Source: a virus (taxonomy: Duplodnaviria > Caudoviricetes). From it: DNA of 64,000 nt. Positions 38,868 through 48,100 of the stretch are shown here, piece after piece. The stretch lies in the IMG/VR virus record IMGVR_UViG_3300020191_000008, positions 14,341 through 78,340 of that record. One strand, written 5' to 3'. The notes beneath the pieces are model-generated. The model was not told the origin of the DNA and ran no database searches. It saw nothing but the letters and a program-made list of their open reading frames with translations. A program made the position numbers and the translations under genes. The stretch's first letter is position 1. Each line of letters begins with the position of its first letter.

Positions 38868-39587
38868 ATGAAGAAAGAAGAATTAATTTTAGCTATATTA
38901 AGTGAGCTAAGACCTTACTCAATGCCATACCTTATGAATAGGTATGGAAATAAAGCTGAGGATGGAGGATACGCATTACTTAAAAATTTTGCAGAAGAAT
39001 CTCAAATTATTTATTCTTTAGGCGTTGGCTCCATTGTCCAGAATTATCTTTTTGAAATTGAAATGGCTGGTTATGGCAAAAAAGTTTTCATGTATGATGA
39101 TAATTTAGAAAAGTTGCCTCAACATTTTGAGAATCTTTTTTATAAAAAATGTTTTGTTTCTTCGAAAAATGCTCTTGAGCATATTAAAGAAAATGGTCAC
39201 GAAGACGAAAGAGACATGCTTGCACAAATTGATATTGAAGGTGGCGAATACGAATTAATTTCGAATATTGATTCGTCCTATTTCAAACATTTTTCTCAAC
39301 TAACTTTTGAATTTCATGATTTGCATGATCCAACAGAAGAGATGCTTAATGTTTTAAAAAAAATAAATGAACATTACTACATGTATCACATTCATGCAAA
39401 CAACCACTCTAACAAGTTTGATTCTGTATTTGGTGTTATGCCAGAAGCAATAGAAGTTTCTTATGTTAGAAAAGACAAGGTTCCTTTTACTCCTTATTAT
39501 TGCAAACTACCAAGACCATTTCCTCTAATAGATGTTCCATGTTGTAGATTCAGACCAGATATTACACTAAGATGGTGGTGCTCGTAA
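38868..39587 (+). CDS. FkbM/Methyltransf_22-like methyltransferase
   Basis: YGNKAEDGGY, YSLGVG, QIDIEGGEY, QLTFEFH, HIHANN. Confidence 0.8.
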   Translation: MKKEELILAILSELRPYSMPYLMNRYGNKAEDGGYALLKNFAEESQIIYSLGVGSIVQNYLFEIEMAGYGKKVFMYDDNLEKLPQHFENLFYKKCFVSSKNALEHIKENGHEDERDMLAQIDIEGGEYELISNIDSSYFKHFSQLTFEFHDLHDPTEEMLNVLKKINEHYYMYHIHANNHSNKFDSVFGVMPEAIEVSYVRKDKVPFTPYYCKLPRPFPLIDVPCCRFRPDITLRWWCS

Positions 39588-39600
39588 TATAACAAATATT

Positions 39601-39942
39601 ATGATAAAAATTAAAGTCGATGAAGGATACGCTTTTGATTACTTAGCTATTTTAGAAGTTAAAAAGAATAATCATCCAGAACAAACAGAACCTTGGCTTA
39701 ATTGCTCCGCTTATTTATCAAGTCAATTTTCTAAAGATTTTTGGGATGATTTAATTTCATCCAAAGAATATGAAGATATGGTTCTAGTTAACCAGAAAAC
39801 TTTTGATGCAGTTGACCAAGCTCGTTATGGTAAAATAACTGCCAAAGAAGTTGATGATTGTAATATGGAAAGATATAATGCTAAACAAAGATTTAGGAAT
39901 AAATTTTTTCCAGAAAGTGATCAATTAGAATTTAAAACATGA
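39601..39942 (+). CDS. Conserved hypothetical protein of sugar-modification clusters (DUF6165-like)
   Basis: IKVDEGYAFDYLAILEVK pattern; coupled to gmd. Confidence 0.4.
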   Translation: MIKIKVDEGYAFDYLAILEVKKNNHPEQTEPWLNCSAYLSSQFSKDFWDDLISSKEYEDMVLVNQKTFDAVDQARYGKITAKEVDDCNMERYNAKQRFRNKFFPESDQLEFKT

Positions 39943-40967
39943 AGAAAGTAATCATCACAGGAGTCACAGGACAAGACGGCAGTTTTATGGCTGACCACCT
40001 CTTGAAGAATACGGAGCACACCATTGTTGCTGGTGTTCGTAGACTAAGCGTTAAGAATCATGATAATATTTCTCATTTAGTTAATCACCCTCGCTTCAAG
40101 CTAATTGACTTAGATGTTACTGATTCTGTAAATACAGAAGATGTCATAGCTAAAGAGAAGCCAGATTATTTTATTAATTTTGCGGCTAATTCTTTTGTTG
40201 GTGTTAGTTGGACTCAACCTGCTAACCACATGAATACAAACGCTATGGCTGTAATGTACCAGCTTGAGGCGATTCGCAAACATTGCCCTAAATGCCGTTA
40301 TTATAATGCTGGTTCCTCAGAGGAGTTTGGGGACGTTTTACATTCTCCACAATCAGAACTTCATCCTTTGCGACCAAGAAGTCCTTACGGTGTTTCTAAG
40401 GCTAGCGCGAGGCACATGGTAAAAGTATGGAGAGATTCCTACAATTTGTTCGCTATTCAAGGATGGCTGTTTAACCATGAAGGAACTCGTCGCGGAGAAG
40501 AGTTTGTAACTCGTAAGATTACCAAAAACGTAGCTCGTATTAAAAATGAATATATTAATGGTGATTTTGAGCCTCTTGAATTAGGTAATGTAGATGCCAA
40601 GCGAGATTGGAGTGATGCTGAAGACTTTGTCAAAGGTGTTTGGCTAATGCTCAATCAAGAACAGCCAAAAGAGTACGTCTTATCTTCAAATGAAACTCAT
40701 ACCATCCGTGAATTCGTTGAGGAGGCTTTTAATTTCGCAGGTTTTGGTTGTGAGAAGTGTCGCTGGGAAGGGCGTGGAGTTAATGAAAAATATTACCACG
40801 AAGATAAGGTTCTAGTACAGATCAATCCTGAGTTCTATCGTCCTGCTGAAGTAGACCTGCTTCTAGGAGACTCCTCATTAGCAAGAAGAGATCTTAGCTG
40901 GAACCCTCAGACTGATTTTCTAGAATTAGTCAGAAAAATGGTTGCTTGTGATCTGAATCAATATTAG
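39939..40967 (+). CDS. gmd: GDP-mannose 4,6-dehydratase
   Basis: ITGVTGQDGS, PRSPYGVSK, LFNHEGTRRGEEFVTRKIT, LGNVDAKRDW, YRPAEVDLLLGD. Confidence 0.95.
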   Translation: MKKVIITGVTGQDGSFMADHLLKNTEHTIVAGVRRLSVKNHDNISHLVNHPRFKLIDLDVTDSVNTEDVIAKEKPDYFINFAANSFVGVSWTQPANHMNTNAMAVMYQLEAIRKHCPKCRYYNAGSSEEFGDVLHSPQSELHPLRPRSPYGVSKASARHMVKVWRDSYNLFAIQGWLFNHEGTRRGEEFVTRKITKNVARIKNEYINGDFEPLELGNVDAKRDWSDAEDFVKGVWLMLNQEQPKEYVLSSNETHTIREFVEEAFNFAGFGCEKCRWEGRGVNEKYYHEDKVLVQINPEFYRPAEVDLLLGDSSLARRDLSWNPQTDFLELVRKMVACDLNQY

Positions 40968-40970
40968 GAT
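40942..40970 (+). promoter_or_regulatory. sigma70-type promoter (leaderless geometry)
   Basis: TTGCTT-17 nt-TAGGAT, 6 nt before ATG 40977. Confidence 0.55.
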
Positions 40971-40976
40971 TGGTCT

Positions 40977-41423
40977 ATGCCAAGAGGTAAGAGGACATGC
41001 CCCAAATGCTCTGCCTTATGCTCTACCCGTTCTCACGAGTGTGAGTGCGGGTTTAGTTTTAAAAATCAAAAAAAATCACCTAAAAAGCCTACATATTACA
41101 AGGAAAAAATAGATTTCGTGAAGAGGATGCTTGGTGGTCAGCGTTCCATTAGTGCAAAGTTGGACATGATTACAGCAGCTAAGGTCTTCAAGAGATTTGA
41201 AAACGATGTAGATTTTTTACTGAAAGTCAAACCTCCCTTCAAATTAGACGGTACAATAAAGTACTTTTTAAGCAGTGATGGCTTGGCTTACTTGGACAAA
41301 AAATACAAGGAATTTCACTACAAACCAAAAAACTCAGAAAAAATGGTTGACCACAAGCTCAAAGTGGGAGAAGATAGAGTGATCGAAAAAAGAAAAACCC
41401 TGAGAGATTTTTTAGATGAGTAA
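40977..41423 (+). CDS. Hypothetical protein with N-terminal zinc ribbon
   Basis: CPKC..C..CECG N-terminus; basic; leads the replication operon. Confidence 0.6.
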   Translation: MPRGKRTCPKCSALCSTRSHECECGFSFKNQKKSPKKPTYYKEKIDFVKRMLGGQRSISAKLDMITAAKVFKRFENDVDFLLKVKPPFKLDGTIKYFLSSDGLAYLDKKYKEFHYKPKNSEKMVDHKLKVGEDRVIEKRKTLRDFLDE

Positions 41424-42543
41424 GAAGAGTGAAAAAAGCAAAGTTGGGACTTCGGAGTTTATGTCGAAGTTTTTTGAAAGCAATAAGGAATTCCACTACA
41501 ATTTTGAAGATACTGCGGAATCATACCTTGCCTCAACTGGCTCCATGATTTTAGATAAGTTTATCGGAGGTGGTTTGGGAGCTGGTCTACAGCGTTTTAT
41601 TGGATGTAATGAGGGAGGCAAAACCAACGAAGCTCTCCATGTTATGAAGAACATGTTGGAGACCGTAGAGAAAACAAAGGGCCTCTACATCAAGGCGGAA
41701 GGTCGTTTGTCAAAAGATATCCAAAAGCGGTCTGGATTGAAATTTGTTACTGATCCTAGTGATTGGGAGCTTGGAACTTGTCTCGTGTGGGAGTGTCATA
41801 TTTACGACACTGTTTTTGATGGTCTTAGAGAATTACTAAAAAATAATCCAGAAAAAGAAAGATTTTGCATTGTCATCGACAGTATGGATGGCTTGCTTCC
41901 TAAATCTGATTTAGCTAAAACCACTAGTGACGCAGCAAAAGTCGCAGCAGGTGCAGCTTTAACTTCAGACTTCTTAAAGCGGGTTAGTCTTGGTATGGGT
42001 AAATTTGGTCATATGTGCATAATGATCTCTCAGGTTCGGTCAACTATTAAGACGAGTCAGTATGCCAAAGGTGATCCAAACAATCAAACCAATTCTAGCG
42101 GTGGCAATGCAGCATTACATTATCCAGATTGGATTATTAACTTTGAAAAAAGAAATCAAGCAGATTTAATCCTCAAAGACCCAAAAGCTAAACCTAGCCC
42201 AGAGAACCCAATCATTGGGCATTATGCTAAAGTGCTAATCCAGAAATCCACTAACGAAAGTACTGGAATGAGGATTAGGTATCCAATTAAGCATGGTCGC
42301 TCTGATGGTAAGTCAATTTGGATTGAGCGTGAGATTATAGAAATGCTTCTTATGTGGAATTTTATTGAGAAGTCTGGATCTTGGTTTAAAATCGACGAAG
42401 AGCTTCTGGATTACCTCAAGAATAGAGGGATCGATATCAACGAAAAATATCAGGGAATGCAGTCTTTGTATGATCTTCTTGAGAACAATGAAGAAGTACA
42501 AAAAGGCATGAGGTTCTTCATTGCAGAAAATGTATTCTCATGA
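41416..42543 (+). CDS. recA: RecA/UvsX-family recombinase
   Basis: Walker A GCNEGGKT, Walker B IVIDS, ISQVR, SGGNAALHY, IEKSGSWF. Confidence 0.88.
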   Translation: MSKKSEKSKVGTSEFMSKFFESNKEFHYNFEDTAESYLASTGSMILDKFIGGGLGAGLQRFIGCNEGGKTNEALHVMKNMLETVEKTKGLYIKAEGRLSKDIQKRSGLKFVTDPSDWELGTCLVWECHIYDTVFDGLRELLKNNPEKERFCIVIDSMDGLLPKSDLAKTTSDAAKVAAGAALTSDFLKRVSLGMGKFGHMCIMISQVRSTIKTSQYAKGDPNNQTNSSGGNAALHYPDWIINFEKRNQADLILKDPKAKPSPENPIIGHYAKVLIQKSTNESTGMRIRYPIKHGRSDGKSIWIEREIIEMLLMWNFIEKSGSWFKIDEELLDYLKNRGIDINEKYQGMQSLYDLLENNEEVQKGMRFFIAENVFS

Positions 42544-42947
42544 TTTTTTTAACGACAACAGGTCGTGAACAAAAGCTCAAGAATTCCTCTAAGTACTTAA
42601 TTGATTGGGACAAGAAGTGTCGCAGTAAGATTCAGAAAAGGGTAAAAGATCTTTTGCACCGACATTGGATCTCTGATATTGTTTTTGAAGAGCTGCCTGT
42701 TCTTGGAACAAGGATGACCCTTGATTTTTATAATGCTAACAAAAAACTAGCAATAGAAGTTGATGGTAACCAGCATTACAAGTTCAACAAATTTTTTCAC
42801 TCTAATTCTAGACAGAATTTTTTATCTCAACTACAAAGAGATGAGAAGAAGGAATATTTTTGTGAGATTAACCAAATTAGGCTTGTAAGAATACTAGAGA
42901 AGGATATTCTTGACCAAGACCTTCTTAAAAGGCTTGAGGTAATATGA
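42540..42947 (+). CDS. DUF559/Vsr-like PD-(D/E)XK endonuclease
   Basis: LDFY...LAIEVDGNQHY...RDEKKEYFCEINQIRLVRI. Confidence 0.8.
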   Translation: MIFLTTTGREQKLKNSSKYLIDWDKKCRSKIQKRVKDLLHRHWISDIVFEELPVLGTRMTLDFYNANKKLAIEVDGNQHYKFNKFFHSNSRQNFLSQLQRDEKKEYFCEINQIRLVRILEKDILDQDLLKRLEVI

Positions 42948-43165
42948 ATAATTTTGACAAGACAGACAATACGTTACCAAAGAGTGTTCTCACTAAGCTG
43001 TTTGATTGCACGGGTTCTCCAAGTGGTAGCAATAAAGGGTTTTTCCTTTTTTACATCAACGACTTAGGACAACCAACATTTGCGACTAAAACAGACAATA
43101 GCTGTGTAGATATGGCTCTTACAAAATTGGTGGAGATATCTTGTGAGAAGGAGGTCGGAGAATGA
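42944..43165 (+). CDS. Hypothetical protein
   Basis: 73 aa with ATGA overlaps on both sides inside the operon. Confidence 0.65.
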   Translation: MNNFDKTDNTLPKSVLTKLFDCTGSPSGSNKGFFLFYINDLGQPTFATKTDNSCVDMALTKLVEISCEKEVGE

Positions 43166-44709
43166 TTCATAGCATGGATCTAGAGAAGACTGTGCTAAAA
43201 GGTCTTTTGCAACACCCCCATAAGTGGGCTGAAGTTTCAGTTTTTTTAAATGAAAAAGATTTTTTTAGTGAAGACTCTCAAGTTCATCTTTCTATCTTTA
43301 AGTTGATCCGCAATGCGTTGAACAATGCAGAGACAATAGATGACACGATACTTATTCCAAGATTAGAGCAGCTAAAGGTTAGTTTTCCAGATAGTATTGA
43401 TTTACCAGAGTATATTCGGTCTCTAGTATACCACAAGATAACAGAAGAAATTTTTATTTCCTCAGTCAGAGAATTGAAGAAGTTTTCTGCTCGTCGTGAG
43501 ATTTATTATTCTTCTAGAAATGTCGCCTCTTTTGTTAAAAAAGCTGATCCAGACTTGAAGTATTCTGAGATCATAGATAAAGCAGATGAGATATATAATA
43601 AGAACATAAAAGAGTTTGAGTTCAATGATGAAGGTCCAATCAACCTTTTCGACATCATGGAAGAGTTGGTTGAAGATAGGGGTAATAACCCTGTTGAAGA
43701 ATCTGGCTTAATGGGTCCACACCAGAGGATCAATGACATTTATGGATCTTTACTGCTTGAGGGTAATATCTCTGTTATTGTAGCTCGCTCTGGAGTTGGT
43801 AAAACTCAGTTCTGTATGGATTATACTACTAGGACTGCGGCTAAGTACGACATCCCTGTTTTACACTTTGATAATGGAGAGATGAGTGAAGAGGAACTTA
43901 CTCTTCGTCAGTGTTCCGCTATGACAGGCATTCCCATTTACCTCTTACAAAGCGGCAAATGGAGAACTTCTAGCTATAAGGATTGGACGGTAGAAGAGGT
44001 TGTAGCAAGAGTTCGTAGTGCTTGGGATCAGATTAAATCTGGCAATATGAAATTCTATTATGAAAATGTTGCTGGCATGTCTGCTGAAGAAATGTGCTCT
44101 TACCTAAAAAGATTTTACTATTCTAAAGTGGGCAGGGGGAACAAAATGATTTTTAGTTTTGATTACATCAAGACTGACTTTAATAACCTTGGTAAGAATG
44201 AGGGTTGGCAGCAAGTGGCTTCAATGGTTCACTTGTTCAAGCAGACAATTCACAGGGATCTTTGTTTTGATGGCAAGCCTTGTGTATCAATGATGACTTC
44301 TGTTCAGGCCAATAGACTTGGAATTACTGGCAATCGTGGTGCAGATGCAATTGTTGATGATGAGAGTGTCGTTTCCCTTTCTGATGGCATTACTCAATTC
44401 TGTTCTCACTTGTTTTTGCTCAGAAGAAAAATTCCAGATGAGATACATGAAGATGGAGATCGCTTTGGTACTCATAAGTTGGTCAATCTAAAAGCAAGAC
44501 ACTTGGGCAAAGAAGCTCTACGTGCAATTAATCCTGTTGAAATGCCAGATGGATCTAATCGTAAAAACTTTATCAATTTAAATATTGAAAACTTTAGAGT
44601 TGAAGAGAGAGGGGATCTGCAAGACGTTGTGAATTCAATAAATAATGTTGATGTTAATTTGCAGGAGGGTGAGTTGAGTGACGATATACCAATGGTCCTT
44701 TCAGAATGA
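43162..44709 (+). CDS. dnaB: Replicative DNA helicase (DnaB family)
   Basis: N-terminal DnaB domain, Walker A ARSGVGKT, NGEMSEE, FDYIK, SVQANR. Confidence 0.9.
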   Translation: MIHSMDLEKTVLKGLLQHPHKWAEVSVFLNEKDFFSEDSQVHLSIFKLIRNALNNAETIDDTILIPRLEQLKVSFPDSIDLPEYIRSLVYHKITEEIFISSVRELKKFSARREIYYSSRNVASFVKKADPDLKYSEIIDKADEIYNKNIKEFEFNDEGPINLFDIMEELVEDRGNNPVEESGLMGPHQRINDIYGSLLLEGNISVIVARSGVGKTQFCMDYTTRTAAKYDIPVLHFDNGEMSEEELTLRQCSAMTGIPIYLLQSGKWRTSSYKDWTVEEVVARVRSAWDQIKSGNMKFYYENVAGMSAEEMCSYLKRFYYSKVGRGNKMIFSFDYIKTDFNNLGKNEGWQQVASMVHLFKQTIHRDLCFDGKPCVSMMTSVQANRLGITGNRGADAIVDDESVVSLSDGITQFCSHLFLLRRKIPDEIHEDGDRFGTHKLVNLKARHLGKEALRAINPVEMPDGSNRKNFINLNIENFRVEERGDLQDVVNSINNVDVNLQEGELSDDIPMVLSE

Positions 44710-45755
44710 CTGACTACAAATCTGTTTTAGAAGATCTTGGCTATCGATTAAAAGATCACGGGTCTTACTGGAGAACCAGTGCGGTTTACAGGTCTGGAGA
44801 TAACTCTACAGCGTTACAGATCTACAAAGATACTGGTGTTTGGAAGGATTATGTGGAGGATTCTATGTTTCTTCCTTTTGAGGCTTTACTTAAAAAAACC
44901 CTCAATACTAATGATAAGAGTGTTTTAAGTTCTTATTTGAAGAGCGATAGTGTAAACATATATGAACGCGCTACTAAGAAACACCTTTTGAGTGAAGAAA
45001 AAACATTTCCAGATTCCTGTTTGAATCGCTTGCTACCTCATTACGACTTTTACCTAAACAGGGGTGTATCAGAAGATACTTTGAAAAAATTTAGATGTGG
45101 CTTGGCTATGTCTGGCAAAATGTATCAGCGAGTTATATTCCCTATTGTTCGCTCTGACGGCAAGATACACGGCTTTTCAGGTCGTAAGGTAACAGATGAC
45201 CCCAGACCTAAGTGGCTTCACAATGGGAGGTGTTCTGACTGGTTTTATCCATACTATTCAATAGATGAAGTTGCTGGCGCTATTGAAGAACATCGTTGTG
45301 TCTATATTGTAGAATCTATTGGAGACTGTATTTCTTTGTTTGATTCTGGAGTAAGGAATGTTCTTGTTTCTTTTGGATTGAATATCTCTCCAAAATTTAT
45401 CTCAAAGCTACATTCTCTTCCATTGGATAAAATTTTTATAGCCTTTAATAATGATTTTAATTCAGATTCCAATAGGGGTTTTGAAGGTTCTATTAAGTCT
45501 ATATTTAAGCTTTGTGATCAAATCGATTTTGACAAGATATTTTTCTCTCCACCTCCAGAAAACGATTTTGGTGATATGAATGAAGATCAGATTAATAAAT
45601 ATGTTGAATATTGTTCTTCTACTCAACATAATGAATCAATGGCTAACGTTATTGATTTCGCCAAAGAGATGAATAAACGTGGGGTCAATAAAACTTTCTC
45701 TAGTAATTTAAGGAAGTTTGAGAAGAAATTCGACTTCCATTATGGAGAAATCTGA
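44706..45755 (+). CDS. DnaG-type primase (Toprim)
   Basis: RVIFPI..GKIHGFSGRK...PKWLH, YIVESIGDCISL, IAFNND; adjacent to dnaB. Confidence 0.82.
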   Translation: MTDYKSVLEDLGYRLKDHGSYWRTSAVYRSGDNSTALQIYKDTGVWKDYVEDSMFLPFEALLKKTLNTNDKSVLSSYLKSDSVNIYERATKKHLLSEEKTFPDSCLNRLLPHYDFYLNRGVSEDTLKKFRCGLAMSGKMYQRVIFPIVRSDGKIHGFSGRKVTDDPRPKWLHNGRCSDWFYPYYSIDEVAGAIEEHRCVYIVESIGDCISLFDSGVRNVLVSFGLNISPKFISKLHSLPLDKIFIAFNNDFNSDSNRGFEGSIKSIFKLCDQIDFDKIFFSPPPENDFGDMNEDQINKYVEYCSSTQHNESMANVIDFAKEMNKRGVNKTFSSNLRKFEKKFDFHYGEI

Positions 45756-46788
45756 AAATAAGCCCTTATCTGCATCAAGAATAAAAACGATGCAAACCTG
45801 CACTTGGCAATATTGGGCGAAGTACCACTTACGCTTGCCAGATAAGTCCAATCATGGATCTCTCCGTGGAACTATTTGTCACGCTATTTTTGAAAATCTA
45901 GGAAACCCTAGACATAGAAAGCATTACAGGGCAATAATAAAAGCCCAAGATATTAATGTTAGTCCTCCTATTAAGAGGATGGTCGATGCTTATGCAAAAA
46001 AGTATGAGATAGATGACTTTGAAAATATGGATCTAATCAACAAGATGACAGTTGAAGGTCTAAATTTTGATTTCTTTGGGGATACAAATGGAAAGCCTAC
46101 GGAATCCATTTCAGAGAAGGATTTTGATATTTCTGTGAAAGAAGGAGACAAGGATTACAGAATATTAGGGTTCATAGATAAACTTTTCTTATTTAAAAGA
46201 AAAAAAACTGCAATCATCAGGGACTTTAAAACTTCCAAAAGCATTTTTGAGGGAAAGGAATATTCAGATAACATGCAGGACTATATGTATTGCCTTGCTG
46301 TAAAATATTTATATCCAGAATACCTCAAACGTAAGATGGAATTTTTATTTTTAAAGTTTGATCTTGAGGGCGAAGGCTGCTTAGAAATGGAGCCCTTGGA
46401 CGATTTGGATTTAGAGGGCTTTGAATACTTTCTTACTGACGTACAAAAAGTCATTAACAACTTCAGTGAAAAAACTGCAAAGAGTGGTTTGGCTTGGGAT
46501 AAAGGATATCCAGCAAAAGAAGACGGTTTCGCGGGTAAGATTGTTTGCGGTAGAGCTACTCACGTTGGTCAGTTGAAAAAAAATGGAGACTTGATGTGGC
46601 ACTGCCCATTTAAATTTCCTTTCGACTATTATCACCTACTTGGAGAAGATGATAAGTTCATAAAGTCTTCTTACGCAAAAAAAGATTTGCAAGAGATGTT
46701 GGATGATGGCAAGGGAGTCAGGATTGAGAAGAAAAAATACGCGGGTTGTCCAGCTTTTTCGTTTGACATGGACGAGGATCTTCTCTAA
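45742..46788 (+). CDS. PD-(D/E)XK exonuclease (RecB/Cas4/AddB-like)
   Basis: LSASRIKTMQTC, GTICHAIFE, GFIDKL, IRDFKTS, QDYMY. Start at ATG 45742. Confidence 0.82.
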   Translation: MEKSENKPLSASRIKTMQTCTWQYWAKYHLRLPDKSNHGSLRGTICHAIFENLGNPRHRKHYRAIIKAQDINVSPPIKRMVDAYAKKYEIDDFENMDLINKMTVEGLNFDFFGDTNGKPTESISEKDFDISVKEGDKDYRILGFIDKLFLFKRKKTAIIRDFKTSKSIFEGKEYSDNMQDYMYCLAVKYLYPEYLKRKMEFLFLKFDLEGEGCLEMEPLDDLDLEGFEYFLTDVQKVINNFSEKTAKSGLAWDKGYPAKEDGFAGKIVCGRATHVGQLKKNGDLMWHCPFKFPFDYYHLLGEDDKFIKSSYAKKDLQEMLDDGKGVRIEKKKYAGCPAFSFDMDEDLL

Positions 46789-46791
46789 GAT
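46763..46791 (+). promoter_or_regulatory. sigma70 promoter (leaderless geometry)
   Basis: TTGACA-17 nt-TAAGAT, 6 nt before ATG 46798. Confidence 0.7.
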
Positions 46792-46797
46792 CAAGTC

Positions 46798-47499
46798 ATG
46801 ATACCTCTCTTCAAGAGTCAGTACAGTATAGGTAAGTCTATATTGACTACAGAGAAAATATTAGACATTGCCAAAATAAACTCTCTAGAAAGAGTGGTAA
46901 TGGTAGAAGATTCGTTTTATGGGTTCAGGATTTTCAATCAAGTATTTCAGGAAGAGGGCATCCCACTGGTTTTTGGGTTGAGGATAAATGTGTTACAAAA
47001 TGAGGGAGATATCAATGAGAAGCCAAGTAAACTTGTTCTCTTTGCGAAGAACAATCAAGGAATACAAGATCTGAAGAGGCTTTATTCAGATGCTTCTTTA
47101 AGCGATAAGAATTCCTTGATTTTATCTGCCTATAGGGATAAAGATTTTGAGAATCTAAAGGTATGTGTTCCTTTTTATGACTCTTACATTTTCAATAATT
47201 TATTTTTCTTTGGTCTATCTCATATTGAGATAAGTCATTTAAACCCGACTTACTTTATTGAAGACAATAATCACCCTTTTGATTTTCAGATTAGATCGGT
47301 TATCAAAGAGCTAAATGTAAAAACTCAGATGGTCAAAACTATTCTTCATCATAATAAAGATGATTTTGAGGCTTTACAAATGTACAAGGCTGCTTGCAGT
47401 AGATCTGGAGGCAAGTCTCCAACTTTTCAAAACCCAAACTTAAATCACTTCTGTTCAGACGAGTTCTGCTGGGAGTCTTATAAAGATGCTACCACATAA
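46798..47499 (+). CDS. Stand-alone PHP domain of DNA polymerase III alpha
   Basis: FKSQYSIGKSIL, LVFGLRI, LVLFAKNNQGIQDLKRLYS correspond to the DnaE N-terminal PHP domain; metal-binding His residues are lost. Confidence 0.78.
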   Translation: MIPLFKSQYSIGKSILTTEKILDIAKINSLERVVMVEDSFYGFRIFNQVFQEEGIPLVFGLRINVLQNEGDINEKPSKLVLFAKNNQGIQDLKRLYSDASLSDKNSLILSAYRDKDFENLKVCVPFYDSYIFNNLFFFGLSHIEISHLNPTYFIEDNNHPFDFQIRSVIKELNVKTQMVKTILHHNKDDFEALQMYKAACSRSGGKSPTFQNPNLNHFCSDEFCWESYKDATT

Positions 47500-48100
47500 T
47501 CAAAAATATTTAGTTTTCGACACGGAGACTGAGGGTCTTAATCTTCATTCCTCTCGTACTTGGCAAGTTTCTTGGTTGATTTGTCAAGGCAATAAGATAA
47601 TCAAAGAGAATGATAGATTTATTAGTCACAAAGATCTACAAATAAATAAAAAGGTAGAGCATTTGACTGGTTTTAGTTGGGATAAGTATAATGAGAGGAA
47701 GGAGCCTTTGAAGAAAGTTTGGGCTGATTTTAAAGCTGATTTGTTTAACCCAGAATACAAAGTTGTTGGTCAGAACTTGCTTGGCTTCGATGTTTACATG
47801 GTAGCTGGGATGCAGAGATTATTAGGGGAGACCCCAGATTACTCTTACCTTGAACGAATCTATGATACTAGAGCTTTGGGAAAGGCTTATAGGGAAGATC
47901 TAGACAAGCCTAAAACCAACATGCTTAGTTGGCAGTATAAAATAATTCATGACAGATCTCTTAAAGCGAGGGTTTCTCAGAATCAGTTATTGAAGTTTTT
48001 TGGAATTGAATTTGAAGAGGAGAAGCTTCATGATGCACTGTATGATAACAAGATGTGTTTCAAGGTTTTTTCGGCACTTAAAAAAGAAATGAATTTATAA
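47486..48100 (+). CDS. DEDDh 3'-5' exonuclease (DnaQ/epsilon-like)
   Basis: VFDTETEG (ExoI), GQNLLGFD (ExoII), HDALYD (ExoIII). Confidence 0.88.
   Translation: MLPHNQKYLVFDTETEGLNLHSSRTWQVSWLICQGNKIIKENDRFISHKDLQINKKVEHLTGFSWDKYNERKEPLKKVWADFKADLFNPEYKVVGQNLLGFDVYMVAGMQRLLGETPDYSYLERIYDTRALGKAYREDLDKPKTNMLSWQYKIIHDRSLKARVSQNQLLKFFGIEFEEEKLHDALYDNKMCFKVFSALKKEMNL

Noticed and set aside
45742-46788. CRISPR-associated Cas4 locus
   Set aside because: The gene sits in a replication operon with no array or other cas genes; stand-alone PD-(D/E)XK exonucleases are common in phages.
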